From NCBI GenBank assembly GCA_003514005.1, contig DOSJ01000018.1, forward strand, positions 33,105-97,104: 64,000 nt of DNA. The letters are read 5' to 3'. This document shows, one piece after another, positions 45,473 through 54,112 of this stretch. Source of the DNA: Candidatus Falkowbacteria bacterium. GTDB taxonomy: Bacteria > Patescibacteriota > Patescibacteriia > Patescibacteriales > UBA12075. The translations under genes and the position numbers were made by a program. Numbering within the stretch: the first letter of the stretch is position 1; every line of letters begins with the position of its first letter. The notes beneath the pieces are model-generated. The model did not search any database and was not told the origin of the DNA. It saw only the letters and a list, made by a program, of their open reading frames with translations.

Positions 45473-45501
45473 ACTATACATCATCTAAATAAATTTGTCA
45501 A
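45473..45501 (-). promoter_or_regulatory. Sigma70-like promoter reading into the palindrome
   Basis: Minus strand: TTGACA (45501-45496), N17, TATAGT (45478-45473). Confidence 0.55.
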
Positions 45502-45621
45502 GAGGGCAATCGCAACAACCGTGAAATATACGCCAATATTAAACTAAAAATAATTAATGTCATAACTCATTTTCCGCGCGCGCCCCTCGTAGCTTTAGCG
45601 AAGTGGGGTAAATCCGCTTTT

Positions 45622-46488
45622 TCACAAGACATTACTCATACTCCCCTGTCGTGAAATATCATCATACTCTTGGTTTCTATTCTGTACATTACCGGTATTA
45701 ATAGCATAAGCCTGGCCTTCCTGTTTTTCTCTCTGACGCAATTTATTGATCGCTTCGCGCACATCATAAGCAACGGTTTTATCAACGCCGGACAAAACTA
45801 CTTCAGAAGCGTGATCATCGGCTTCATCTTCGTAGTATTTTCTCTTGCTCTTTTTTCCCGGCACAAGACGCAGATCATAACGGCTTTCCGGAAAAAGATA
45901 AACATAGGTTAATGCGAATAGCAAGCCAAATACCAAGCCAAAAACCAAATTCAATACGACATTCGGCTTGACCGGCAGGTTTGAAACAAAAGGCTGGTCG
46001 ATTACGCGAACGCTCACTTGTTCACCGGAACCATGATACTGAGCGTGCTTGCCTTTTAGAGTAGCGTTAATCGCGCGGACTATCTGGTCGGCTTGTTCCT
46101 TATCCTTGTGATACACATTTATCGACAATATGCCGCGATCACTGGAATTAATTTTTACCGCACTCTTCCATTCTTTGAGCTGTTTATTCAAATCAGTTGA
46201 AAAATAATTACGGTTAATATTAAAACCGGCATTTGTAATTTCATTAAAAAATGAATTGGTCAAAACCACGTCAGCCAAAACATCACTCACATATTCATTG
46301 GCCTTATTTACCTGGTAAGGATCCGCGCCGATTTGCGCGCTTTGCACAACCAAAAGCTTTGTTTCCGCGCCATAACGAAAAGGCTGAATCAGAATCAAAA
46401 CCGCTGATAGCACCAAAAAAACAATGACCAATGAAAAAACGGTCTGTTTTTTTTGTTTTAATATTACTAAGAATTCATTAAAATTCAT
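45622..46488 (-). CDS. Wzz-like polysaccharide chain-length determinant
   Basis: An N-terminal TM segment after MNFNEFLVILKQKK, a periplasmic-type domain, and a C-terminal TM segment (LNLVFGLVFGLLFALTYVYLF). Confidence 0.5.
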   Translation of the reverse strand: MNFNEFLVILKQKKQTVFSLVIVFLVLSAVLILIQPFRYGAETKLLVVQSAQIGADPYQVNKANEYVSDVLADVVLTNSFFNEITNAGFNINRNYFSTDLNKQLKEWKSAVKINSSDRGILSINVYHKDKEQADQIVRAINATLKGKHAQYHGSGEQVSVRVIDQPFVSNLPVKPNVVLNLVFGLVFGLLFALTYVYLFPESRYDLRLVPGKKSKRKYYEDEADDHASEVVLSGVDKTVAYDVREAINKLRQREKQEGQAYAINTGNVQNRNQEYDDISRQGSMSNVL

Positions 46489-46514
46489 AAAATAATCTTA
46501 TTTGATTTTCTATC

Positions 46515-47513
46515 CTAGCATTTTTCTTTATTCTTGTCAAGACAATGCACAAAATCCTTAACCATGTCCTGCGCCTCTTCCTTATTATTAATCCAAAAAA
46601 TTTTTGTCCCCTGCTTTTCCCAACGCCGAAGCCAAGTCATTTGTCTTTTGGCATATTGCCCGGATGCAATATCAAGTTTTTCTACCATCTCGTCATAAGT
46701 AAATTTTTTCTGCAAATACTGTGCAATAAATTTATACTCAAGTCCAAAAGACTCCAGTCGCTTCCAACTGACTTTTTCCTCATCATGCAAACGAACCACT
46801 TCACCGACCATATCCTCTTTTTCCAAACGATCAATCAATCTTTTATGTATCCGCTCCTTAATAATTTCACGCGGCCACTCTATGCCAATAATCAAATACT
46901 CATATTCATTATTTTTTTTCAAACCATTATCCTTTATCATTTCGCCCTGCTTATTTATTTCAATATAACGAATCAAACGGCGTTTATTGTTGCGTTCGCT
47001 GTTGTTAAGCTTATTTGCAAACTTTTCATCAAGATCCAAAAGCATATTAAACAACTCTTCTTTATTCTTTTTTTCTAGCTCTAATCGCAATTCTTTATCT
47101 TCTCCTTGCGAGCTAAGATTAAAACCATCTACCAAAGCCTGGACATAAAGACCAGTCCCGCCGGCAATAACCGGCAATTTTTCTCTGGCACAAATATCTT
47201 TAAGCGCCAGTTTTGCGCCGTCTAGCCATTTTGCCAAGTCAAAAGGCACGTTTGGATGAACTACGTCAATCAAATGATACGGGATGGTGATTTCAGATTT
47301 CCGATTTCCGATTTCCGATTTTATTGTATATTCTGCAAGATCTTTTCCAGTTCCAATATCCATGTGTTTATATACTTGTCTTGAATCTGCCGATACGACT
47401 TCGCCGTTGAATTTGCAGGCCAAATCAACCGCAAGAGCGGTTTTGCCGCTGGCGGTTGTGCCAACGATTACGATGGCCTTTTTTTTATTTACTTGATTTT
47501 TTTTATTATTCAT
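46515..47513 (-). CDS. miaA: tRNA dimethylallyltransferase
   Basis: IVIVGTTASGKTALAVDLA...VVSADSRQVYKHMDIGTGK. Confidence 0.9.
   Translation of the reverse strand: MNNKKNQVNKKKAIVIVGTTASGKTALAVDLACKFNGEVVSADSRQVYKHMDIGTGKDLAEYTIKSEIGNRKSEITIPYHLIDVVHPNVPFDLAKWLDGAKLALKDICAREKLPVIAGGTGLYVQALVDGFNLSSQGEDKELRLELEKKNKEELFNMLLDLDEKFANKLNNSERNNKRRLIRYIEINKQGEMIKDNGLKKNNEYEYLIIGIEWPREIIKERIHKRLIDRLEKEDMVGEVVRLHDEEKVSWKRLESFGLEYKFIAQYLQKKFTYDEMVEKLDIASGQYAKRQMTWLRRWEKQGTKIFWINNKEEAQDMVKDFVHCLDKNKEKC
47288..47322. repeat. Heptamer tandem array (gatttcc x5, imperfect) inside miaA
   Basis: gatttca gatttcc gatttcc gatttcc gatttta, translated as KSEIGNRKSEIT. Confidence 0.85.
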
Positions 47514-47575
47514 GATATCTTGTTTTTATTACAGTGTGTTCTTTATTAATTTTAACGATAATTTAAGGAGAAAAA

Positions 47576-47776
47576 ATGCCAAATCGTAAACCGAAAATCA
47601 AAGAAGACGGGGCGGGTAAATACATTGAAATCAGAGAAGTAAGCGAACGGATTATTCCAGTTGTAACTCGGCTCGGAAACGACAATGGCATCAATCGTAT
47701 TAAGTGCTCGTATATTTCCGAACTTACAAAATTCAATCTTCGCCACGAAGGCTTTACCTGCGAAATTTGCAGATAA
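47576..47776 (+). CDS. Small hypothetical protein (66 aa)
   Basis: AAGGAG SD 7 nt upstream of the ATG, plus its own plus-strand terminator. The overlapping minus-strand ORFs lack such signals. Confidence 0.5.
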   Translation: MPNRKPKIKEDGAGKYIEIREVSERIIPVVTRLGNDNGINRIKCSYISELTKFNLRHEGFTCEICR

Positions 47777-47790
47777 TAGTTCTTCTTACG

Positions 47791-47832
47791 ACCCTCAATG
47801 TTTAGCAATAAACAAAGAGGGTTTTTATTTTT
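47791..47832 (+). terminator. Rho-independent terminator
   Basis: accctc (47791-47796) / gagggt (47817-47822), followed by tttttattttt. Confidence 0.6.
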
Positions 47833-49291
47833 CTAAAACCCCGTTCAAGCCAAAATCTCGAACTTTCTCAATTTTAATATTCACAAAATTCCCAATCAAA
47901 TTCTTATCTCCCGAAAACTTAACTGTCTTATTCGTTCCTGTCCTCGATATCAACTCGCCTTTTTTATTTTGCCCTTCTACCAGAACTTTTACAATTTTCC
48001 CAAAATACGCTTGATTATTTTCCAAGGCCGTTTTTCGGAGTACCTCTGTTAATTCGTGCTCTCTTTGTTTTTTTTCTGTCTGCAAAACGTCATCCTCCAT
48101 CTTCTTCGCCGCAGTCCCCGGCCGCGGACTATACTGCGCAATGTACGCCATGTCATATTTCACTTTTTCAAATAAACCGACAGTATTCAAAAACTGCTCC
48201 CGTGTCTCACCCGGAAAACCGACGATAACATCGGTAGTTAAAGCCACCGGTGCTTGCCAATCGTCATTGGATATTGAATATTGATTATTGATTATTTGAG
48301 AACGAATTTTTTCAATCAATTTAATATAATGTTCAATCGTATATTTCCGATTCATTCTTTCTAAGACATGATTGTCCCCTGCCTGCGCTGGCAAATGAAT
48401 ATGCTTACAAACCTTTTCGCAGTCATTGATAGCGGCAATCAAATCATCACTCATATCTTTCGGATGACTAGTAGCAAACCGAATCCAAAAGTCGCCGGGG
48501 ATGAAGTTGATAACGCGCAAAAGATTTGCAAAATTCGCACTACCCTCCCTTGTCATTCCCGCGTAGGCGGGAATCCAGGGTTTGATGCTCGATTCTGGAT
48601 TCCCGCCTTCGCGGGAATGACAAGAAGAAGCATCAGGTGAAAAATAAGAGTTTACGTTCTGCGCAATCAAAGTAATCTCCTTATATCCACGCCTAACCAG
48701 CTCCTCAACCTCAGAGACAATCTCATCCGCCAACCGATAAACCTCGCGCCCGCGCGCATACGGCACAACGCAATATGTGCAAAAATTATCACAACCATTG
48801 CCGATCGGAACGAAAGCGGAAAAAGAAGAAGAATATTTTGGTAAAATATTCAAATAATCATGGTTTTGATGATTTGCTCTAAGAGATTTGGATTTTGTAC
48901 TTTGGATTTTTTTTGTTTCTTGTTTCTTGTTTCTTGTTTCTTCTTTATCTAAATCGCAAATCGCAAATCGCAAATCGCAAATCCCCCTCGCCGGCAACCA
49001 TATATCCACCATATCTTTCAATTTTTTGATAACATCTTCCCTTTCCGACAAACATCCGGCTAATATAATTCGCGCATTCTTATTCTCCTTTTTAATTCTC
49101 GCAACCAACCCAACCGCCCTGTCCTCAGCCGCCTGCCGAACACCACAAGTCGTAAGCACGACAAAATGCGCCAGCTTTCTTTCAACTGATTCAGTAAAAC
49201 CTAATTCCTCAAAAACCCCAGCAATCCGCTCGGAATCGCTCTTGTTCATTTGGCAGCCGATGGTTATTATGTGGTATGTTTTTTTATTCAT
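47825..49291 (-). CDS. miaB: tRNA-2-methylthio-N6-dimethylallyladenosine synthase (radical SAM methylthiotransferase)
   Basis: YHIITIGCQMNKSDSE, GCDNFCTYCVVPYARGRE and SHPKDMSDDLI motifs. Carries three repeat-derived insertions. Confidence 0.9.
   Translation of the reverse strand: MNKKTYHIITIGCQMNKSDSERIAGVFEELGFTESVERKLAHFVVLTTCGVRQAAEDRAVGLVARIKKENKNARIILAGCLSEREDVIKKLKDMVDIWLPARGICDLRFAICDLDKEETRNKKQETKKIQSTKSKSLRANHQNHDYLNILPKYSSSFSAFVPIGNGCDNFCTYCVVPYARGREVYRLADEIVSEVEELVRRGYKEITLIAQNVNSYFSPDASSCHSREGGNPESSIKPWIPAYAGMTREGSANFANLLRVINFIPGDFWIRFATSHPKDMSDDLIAAINDCEKVCKHIHLPAQAGDNHVLERMNRKYTIEHYIKLIEKIRSQIINNQYSISNDDWQAPVALTTDVIVGFPGETREQFLNTVGLFEKVKYDMAYIAQYSPRPGTAAKKMEDDVLQTEKKQREHELTEVLRKTALENNQAYFGKIVKVLVEGQNKKGELISRTGTNKTVKFSGDKNLIGNFVNIKIEKVRDFGLNGVLEK
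48269..48296. repeat. attgaat/attgatt word array inside miaB
   Basis: ggatattgaatattgattattgattatt, translated as IINNQYSIS. Confidence 0.7.
48552..48621. repeat. Family-1 palindromic element inside the miaB CDS
   Basis: Complete element, translated as CHSREGGNPESSIKPWIPAYAGMTRE. Confidence 0.9.
48913..48984. repeat. Two adjacent heptamer tandem arrays inside miaB
   Basis: gtttctt x4 (48913-48943) and aaatcgc x4 (48951-48984), translated as ICDLRFAICDLDKEETRNKKQETKK. Confidence 0.9.
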
Positions 49292-49294
49292 ATA

Positions 49295-49588
49295 TTATTC
49301 AATTTTCCTTCCACTCTCAATATGCCAGCCGCCTTCAACGCGCCAATAACTTTCCGGGCAGTATTCTTGGAATTTGATTTTTACTTCTACCGAATTCAAA
49401 TCGCTATCAGTCGCGTGTCCAATCGCAATCTGTTTGTCTATGCAATGTTTCCCGCAAGCGCAATGCCAAATATTATAATCCAATTTTTTATCAATTACAA
49501 CATGCCGTCCGCCGCAATGATGCACTTTGTGGTCATCGCCGTGATGATGGATATGATGAAATAAAGATATGATATCTGTCTTTGTCAT
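49295..49588 (-). CDS. Small His/Cys-rich hypothetical protein
   Basis: HHIHHHGDDHKVHHCGG and CACGKHC motifs. The stop lies 3 nt before the miaB start. Confidence 0.55.
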   Translation of the reverse strand: MTKTDIISLFHHIHHHGDDHKVHHCGGRHVVIDKKLDYNIWHCACGKHCIDKQIAIGHATDSDLNSVEVKIKFQEYCPESYWRVEGGWHIESGRKIE

Positions 49589-49661
49589 ATTTAGAGTATA
49601 TCAAAAATAAAATATAAAATAAACGCCTGAAAAATCAATTCCAGGCGTTGTGATAATGTTT

Positions 49662-50474
49662 TCAGATCTTCATTTCCTGATCCAGAGCACTGCAAAATCC
49701 AATTTTTTTCCTTTGGATTATCTCGTCGGGTAAATATTTTTTGGCAATTTCTCGCAAGGGAATTTTACTCACTTCTCTTGTTGTCCTTTTATTCAGCGGG
49801 ATACGCGTCAAATAGTTGACAAGATTAAAATCCAAATATGGAAAAATAACATTTACACTATGGTATCTTGCTTTTTCCAAAAGCGGGTTCAAATGATTTG
49901 CCTGTAGCAAGTCCCAGTGAGTCTGGAATGCCACTAGCTTTTTTTCCGCGCTTTCAGCAAAGCGATGGGCAGGATATCCACCCAATATTTCATCAATCCC
50001 ATCATGAGCAATACCTGCCTTGAAACCGTTTATTTCCATCATTTCATAGGCCATAAAAACCGCTACGTCGCCATTGGTACACTCAATATTCGGCAAAGAA
50101 AATGCGACAATATCTCTTACTTTCTGGATTTTTTTAGCACTTGGGATTAATTCATGATGAATTGTTCCAAACATACCCGCAGCCATTCTGGCGAAATGAA
50201 TATCCGGATGATCAGCACTGATTCCGACCGTGTGCGTGTGAATCTCAACCGAATCTCCGACAAACCGCCTTGCCATTGCCAAGCAAAATGATGAATCCAC
50301 TCCCCCGGAAAGCGTAGTTGATATTTTTCCATCGTTTAGTTCAAAACAATTTTTTACTGCCGATTCGATAGATTCACGAAACAAAATCTCTAGCTCTGTT
50401 AAATTACATTCAATTAACGGCTTTGCCAATATGCTTAATAAAATGGCTCTTTCCCAATGATTATCTCTTCTCAC
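49662..50474 (-). CDS. PP-loop ATP pyrophosphatase, asparagine synthase C-terminal-domain-like (no glutaminase domain)
   Basis: TLSGGVDSS PP-loop and an LPDEIIQRKKIGF tail typical of AsnB. GTG start with an AAGGAG SD. Confidence 0.55.
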   Translation of the reverse strand: MRRDNHWERAILLSILAKPLIECNLTELEILFRESIESAVKNCFELNDGKISTTLSGGVDSSFCLAMARRFVGDSVEIHTHTVGISADHPDIHFARMAAGMFGTIHHELIPSAKKIQKVRDIVAFSLPNIECTNGDVAVFMAYEMMEINGFKAGIAHDGIDEILGGYPAHRFAESAEKKLVAFQTHWDLLQANHLNPLLEKARYHSVNVIFPYLDFNLVNYLTRIPLNKRTTREVSKIPLREIAKKYLPDEIIQRKKIGFCSALDQEMKI

Positions 50475-50561
50475 TTTTATTCTCCTTATTTAAGGTTCAA
50501 AAAAAAATACAAACATATATTTTCTTTAGCATGTTTTATATTGAAAGTCAATAATAACCAT

Positions 50562-50599
50562 AAAAAACCGCAAGAATTATAAATTTCCTGCGGCTTTTT
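50562..50599 (-). terminator. Rho-independent terminator
   Basis: Minus strand: gccgcagg...cttgcggt followed by tttttt. Confidence 0.5.
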
Positions 50600-50655
50600 A
50601 TAAACAAAATTTTACTAAAAATCTCCTACTCCCTAATTACCTAATCACTAATTAA

Positions 50656-52452
50656 CTATTCCACATCCCCCATCTTCTGCAAATTCACCAGCTTGGCATA
50701 AAGCCCGCCTTTGGCACGCGAAAGTTCGATATGATTTCCTTGTTCGACTATTTTTCCGTTTTCCAAAACAATTATTTTATCGGCTTTACGAATTGTGCTT
50801 AAACGATGCGCAATAATAATTGTTGTGCGACCTTTGCTAATCTTATCCATGGATTCTTGAATTAATTTTTCCGAGTAGCTGTCGAGATTACTTGTTGCTT
50901 CGTCAAAAATCAGAATTCGCGGATTTGCCAGAATCGCGCGGGCGATGCCGACGCGCTGGCGCTGGCCACCCGAGAGTTTGATGCCGCGTTCGCCGACTTC
51001 GGTGTCATATTTTTTGGAGAGCTTGTCGATAAATTCCTCGGCATTGGCAATGCGCGCCGCGGCCTTGATTTCGTTCATACTCGCATCCGGCTTGCCATAG
51101 GCAATGTTATCGCGAACTGTCATGTCAAATATTTCCACTTCTTGCGGAACAATCGCGATGTGTTTTCGGAATGCGTACAGGTCATAATCTTTCAGATCGA
51201 TATCATCCAAAAGCACAGCGCCTTTGCTTGGGTCGTAATGACGGTAAATCATGCGCGCCAATGTCGTCTTACCACCACCCGATGGTCCGATTAACGCGGT
51301 TACACAGCCGGAATTAATTTTTAAGTTAACTTTATTCAAGGCCTTGCCTTTGCTTTCTTTATACACAAAGTCAACATTTTTAAATTCAATCTGTCCGGTA
51401 ACATTTTTCGGAATTATTCCGTTTTCTTTATTGATTATTTCAGACTCTTCTTGGAACAATTCATACAGCCTTTCAATCGCCTCGCTCGATTCCATTACAC
51501 GATCATAGGTTTTTGAAATATTAAAAAAAGAAATCAAAGCTTTTGTTGATATGGTAATCACGAAAACCAAACTGCCGATTGTTATACTCCCCTTCCAGAC
51601 AAAATAAATTCCAAGAATCATTATTAAGGCCAAACACATATCCATAAAAAATGCCCTCAGCCAATTAAAGCCAAAAATAGTTTTGAATTCTTTTTTCTCA
51701 TCAACCACTATTTTTTGGTAAGCATCGGCATAATCTTTTTCCTCGCGCTTTTCCTGTACGAAAGATTTAACTGTATTAATATTTATAATTGCTTGTGTCA
51801 TTTTTCCGGAAATCTCTTCATAACCGTCATAGCGAACTTTACGGAACGGTGCAACTTTCTTATTTGCATAAAACGTCATATAAACCAGGAGTGGAGAGAA
51901 AAATAAAAAAATCAAACCAAAACGCCAGTCCATGACAAAAAGCACAATAGTGGTTATTAAAACCTGAAAAACAGTGGACAAAAATCCCCAAAAGATATTA
52001 CTCAAAAGATTGTCGATTTTATCTATGCCACGCTGGATTTTGATAATTTTCCCACCGGTATTTTCCCTCTCATGATAATGTAATGACAATTCCAACATTT
52101 TTCTTTGAGCCAAGACTGATAAGTATTTACTAGTATCAATAATTGTTACAATAATCCGATTATCCGTAAAATAATTAATCCCAGTATCCACCTGATTGAA
52201 CGCAAGCATAATAATAATCAAGACAATTATTTCCTTGATATTTTCTGGCTTAAAATCACTAATCATATCAATTATCAATTTCAATATATATGGACTTGCC
52301 AATCTGATAATCTGAACAAAAAATATCAAAAGCACCAGAATACGAATCTGTTTTTTCTTGATTTTTATCAAAAACCAAAGTTTTTGCCAAAAATTTATTA
52401 TTATTTCTTTGTTTATTTTTTCTTTTTCCATGCAAAAAAGGGACAAATCCAT
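50656..52452 (-). CDS. ABC exporter, fused permease/ATPase (MsbA-like)
   Basis: 6-TM N-terminal half, Walker A GPSGGGKTT, LSGGQRQRVGIARA, and ILIFDEATS. An alternative ATG lies at 52431. Confidence 0.85.
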   Translation of the reverse strand: MDLSLFCMEKEKINKEIIINFWQKLWFLIKIKKKQIRILVLLIFFVQIIRLASPYILKLIIDMISDFKPENIKEIIVLIIIMLAFNQVDTGINYFTDNRIIVTIIDTSKYLSVLAQRKMLELSLHYHERENTGGKIIKIQRGIDKIDNLLSNIFWGFLSTVFQVLITTIVLFVMDWRFGLIFLFFSPLLVYMTFYANKKVAPFRKVRYDGYEEISGKMTQAIININTVKSFVQEKREEKDYADAYQKIVVDEKKEFKTIFGFNWLRAFFMDMCLALIMILGIYFVWKGSITIGSLVFVITISTKALISFFNISKTYDRVMESSEAIERLYELFQEESEIINKENGIIPKNVTGQIEFKNVDFVYKESKGKALNKVNLKINSGCVTALIGPSGGGKTTLARMIYRHYDPSKGAVLLDDIDLKDYDLYAFRKHIAIVPQEVEIFDMTVRDNIAYGKPDASMNEIKAAARIANAEEFIDKLSKKYDTEVGERGIKLSGGQRQRVGIARAILANPRILIFDEATSNLDSYSEKLIQESMDKISKGRTTIIIAHRLSTIRKADKIIVLENGKIVEQGNHIELSRAKGGLYAKLVNLQKMGDVE

Positions 52453-52492
52453 CCCTTGTTATATTAATGTATACTCAATGCAAATCGCTACT

Positions 52493-52625
52493 AATCCGTT
52501 CCGTAAAGGCTTAAATTAGTTATTCTCTTGCTGTGGAACTCGACTTTTTTCTTTATTATTTATTTTGGAAGCGTCTCAGACAGTCCTCGCTTCGACAATA
52601 ACTAATTTAAGCCTTTACTCCACTA
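52493..52625 (-). repeat. Hairpin element with conserved core, copy 3 (inverted relative to copy 1)
   Basis: Same arms as copy 1. Its core is gaggactgtctgag..35-nt AT-rich insert..gagttccacag. Confidence 0.75.
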
Positions 52626-52693
52626 ACTTTTATTTATTATAAATAATTACTACTTAATAATACGGAAAAAATCAAAAAATGTTACATTTTGCT

Positions 52694-54112
52694 TTATTTT
52701 ACAAGCTTTTCACCAATTCGAAACACATCGCCGGCACCCATGAGGATTATGATGTCATCTCGCATGATTTTATCTCGAAGGTATTTCTCACACTCCAGCT
52801 GCGTCGCAATATACTTCACTTCTAACTTCTTACTTCTAACTTCTAACTTCTCAACTAAATCCTTACTATGTACTCCGCCTTGGGCTTCACGTGCGCTGCC
52901 ATAGATATCCAAAACAATAACTTCATCCGCGTCATCAAAGCTTTTAGCAAAATCATCGAGCAGGGCTTTTGTTCGTGTAAACGTGTGCGGATGAAAGACT
53001 ACACGGATTTTTTTGTTGCCATATTTTTGACGAGCACCAGCAAGGGTTGCTTTTATTTCGGTTGGATGATGGGCATAGTCATCGAGAATCAATGCGCCAT
53101 TATATTTGCCCATAGTTTCCATTCGTCTGGCTGTTCCCTTAAATTCACCGAGGTAAGCCCGAATATCAACCAGGTCAACACCAAGCTCAATCGCTGACGC
53201 GATAACCGCAAGTGCGTTGTAAATACTATGACGGCCGGAAAGTTGAATTGAGAAACTGCCAAGCTCTGTATTCAATAGCACGTCATCGTCTTCGGCATCA
53301 AAATTGTCTGCGCCAATCTTTACTTTGAAATATTGTCTATCACCCATTTGCTGAATATCGTATGCGACATAATCGGCGGATTCATCAATCGCGTAGCTGA
53401 TAACTTTTGCCAAAGTATTGACCGGAGCAATTTTACGGATAATCGGATCATCAAAATTGGCAACCAACCAGCCGCTTTTTGGGATTTTTTTAATAAACTC
53501 AACAAAGACTTGATTATAGTCATTGTGTGTTGGGAAAAAATCCGGGTGATCGTAGTCGATATTATTCAGAAGCACGGCGCGCGGGGAAAAAAGTTTTAAT
53601 TTATTCTGGTATTCATCGGCTTCGATTATCAGATAATTTGATGGGCCAATAATGCTTGCGCCGTCCAGTTGTGGAACACGTGCGCCTATCATAGCGTTCG
53701 GTCCTTGATTTGTCATTTTTAAAACATACGCTAGCCAAGCCGTTGTCGTGGTTTTGCCATGCGAACCGCAGACTGCGATGCCAAAATAATCTTGGAACAC
53801 AGCGCCCATAGCCTCGGCATAAGTCATTATTTTTTTATTTTGTTTTTTTACCAAAGCCAATTCTTCGTTATTGTTTTCGTTATACGCTGTTGAATGAATA
53901 ATTAAATCAATATTTGCCGGAATGTTTTTTTCGGAAAAACCATTGAAAAATTTAATGCCTGAGTCAAGCAAAACTTCATCGGTCATAAATACTTCGTTTA
54001 CATCCGAACCGCTTATCTCATACCCTTTGGCAGACAAAAACTGCGCCAGCATCGTCATGCCCACGCCTTTTATTCCGATCATGTAAATTTTTTTTATATT
54101 TTTTAGGCTCAT
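52694..54112 (-). CDS. murC: UDP-N-acetylmuramate--L-alanine ligase
   Basis: IYMIGIKGVGMTMLAQFL, GSHGKTTTT and DDYAHHP motifs. Confidence 0.9.
   Translation of the reverse strand: MSLKNIKKIYMIGIKGVGMTMLAQFLSAKGYEISGSDVNEVFMTDEVLLDSGIKFFNGFSEKNIPANIDLIIHSTAYNENNNEELALVKKQNKKIMTYAEAMGAVFQDYFGIAVCGSHGKTTTTAWLAYVLKMTNQGPNAMIGARVPQLDGASIIGPSNYLIIEADEYQNKLKLFSPRAVLLNNIDYDHPDFFPTHNDYNQVFVEFIKKIPKSGWLVANFDDPIIRKIAPVNTLAKVISYAIDESADYVAYDIQQMGDRQYFKVKIGADNFDAEDDDVLLNTELGSFSIQLSGRHSIYNALAVIASAIELGVDLVDIRAYLGEFKGTARRMETMGKYNGALILDDYAHHPTEIKATLAGARQKYGNKKIRVVFHPHTFTRTKALLDDFAKSFDDADEVIVLDIYGSAREAQGGVHSKDLVEKLEVRSKKLEVKYIATQLECEKYLRDKIMRDDIIILMGAGDVFRIGEKLVK
52814..52852. repeat. Heptamer array (tctaact-type) inside murC
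   Basis: cttcact tctaact tcttact tctaact tctaact tctc, translated as EKLEVRSKKLEVK. Confidence 0.8.

Noticed and set aside
48913-48984. CRISPR-like appearance of short repeated units (also at 57871-57902 and 56499-56533)
   Set aside because: The units are 7 nt long and directly tandem, with no unique spacers, and there are no cas genes. These are microsatellite-type arrays, not CRISPR.
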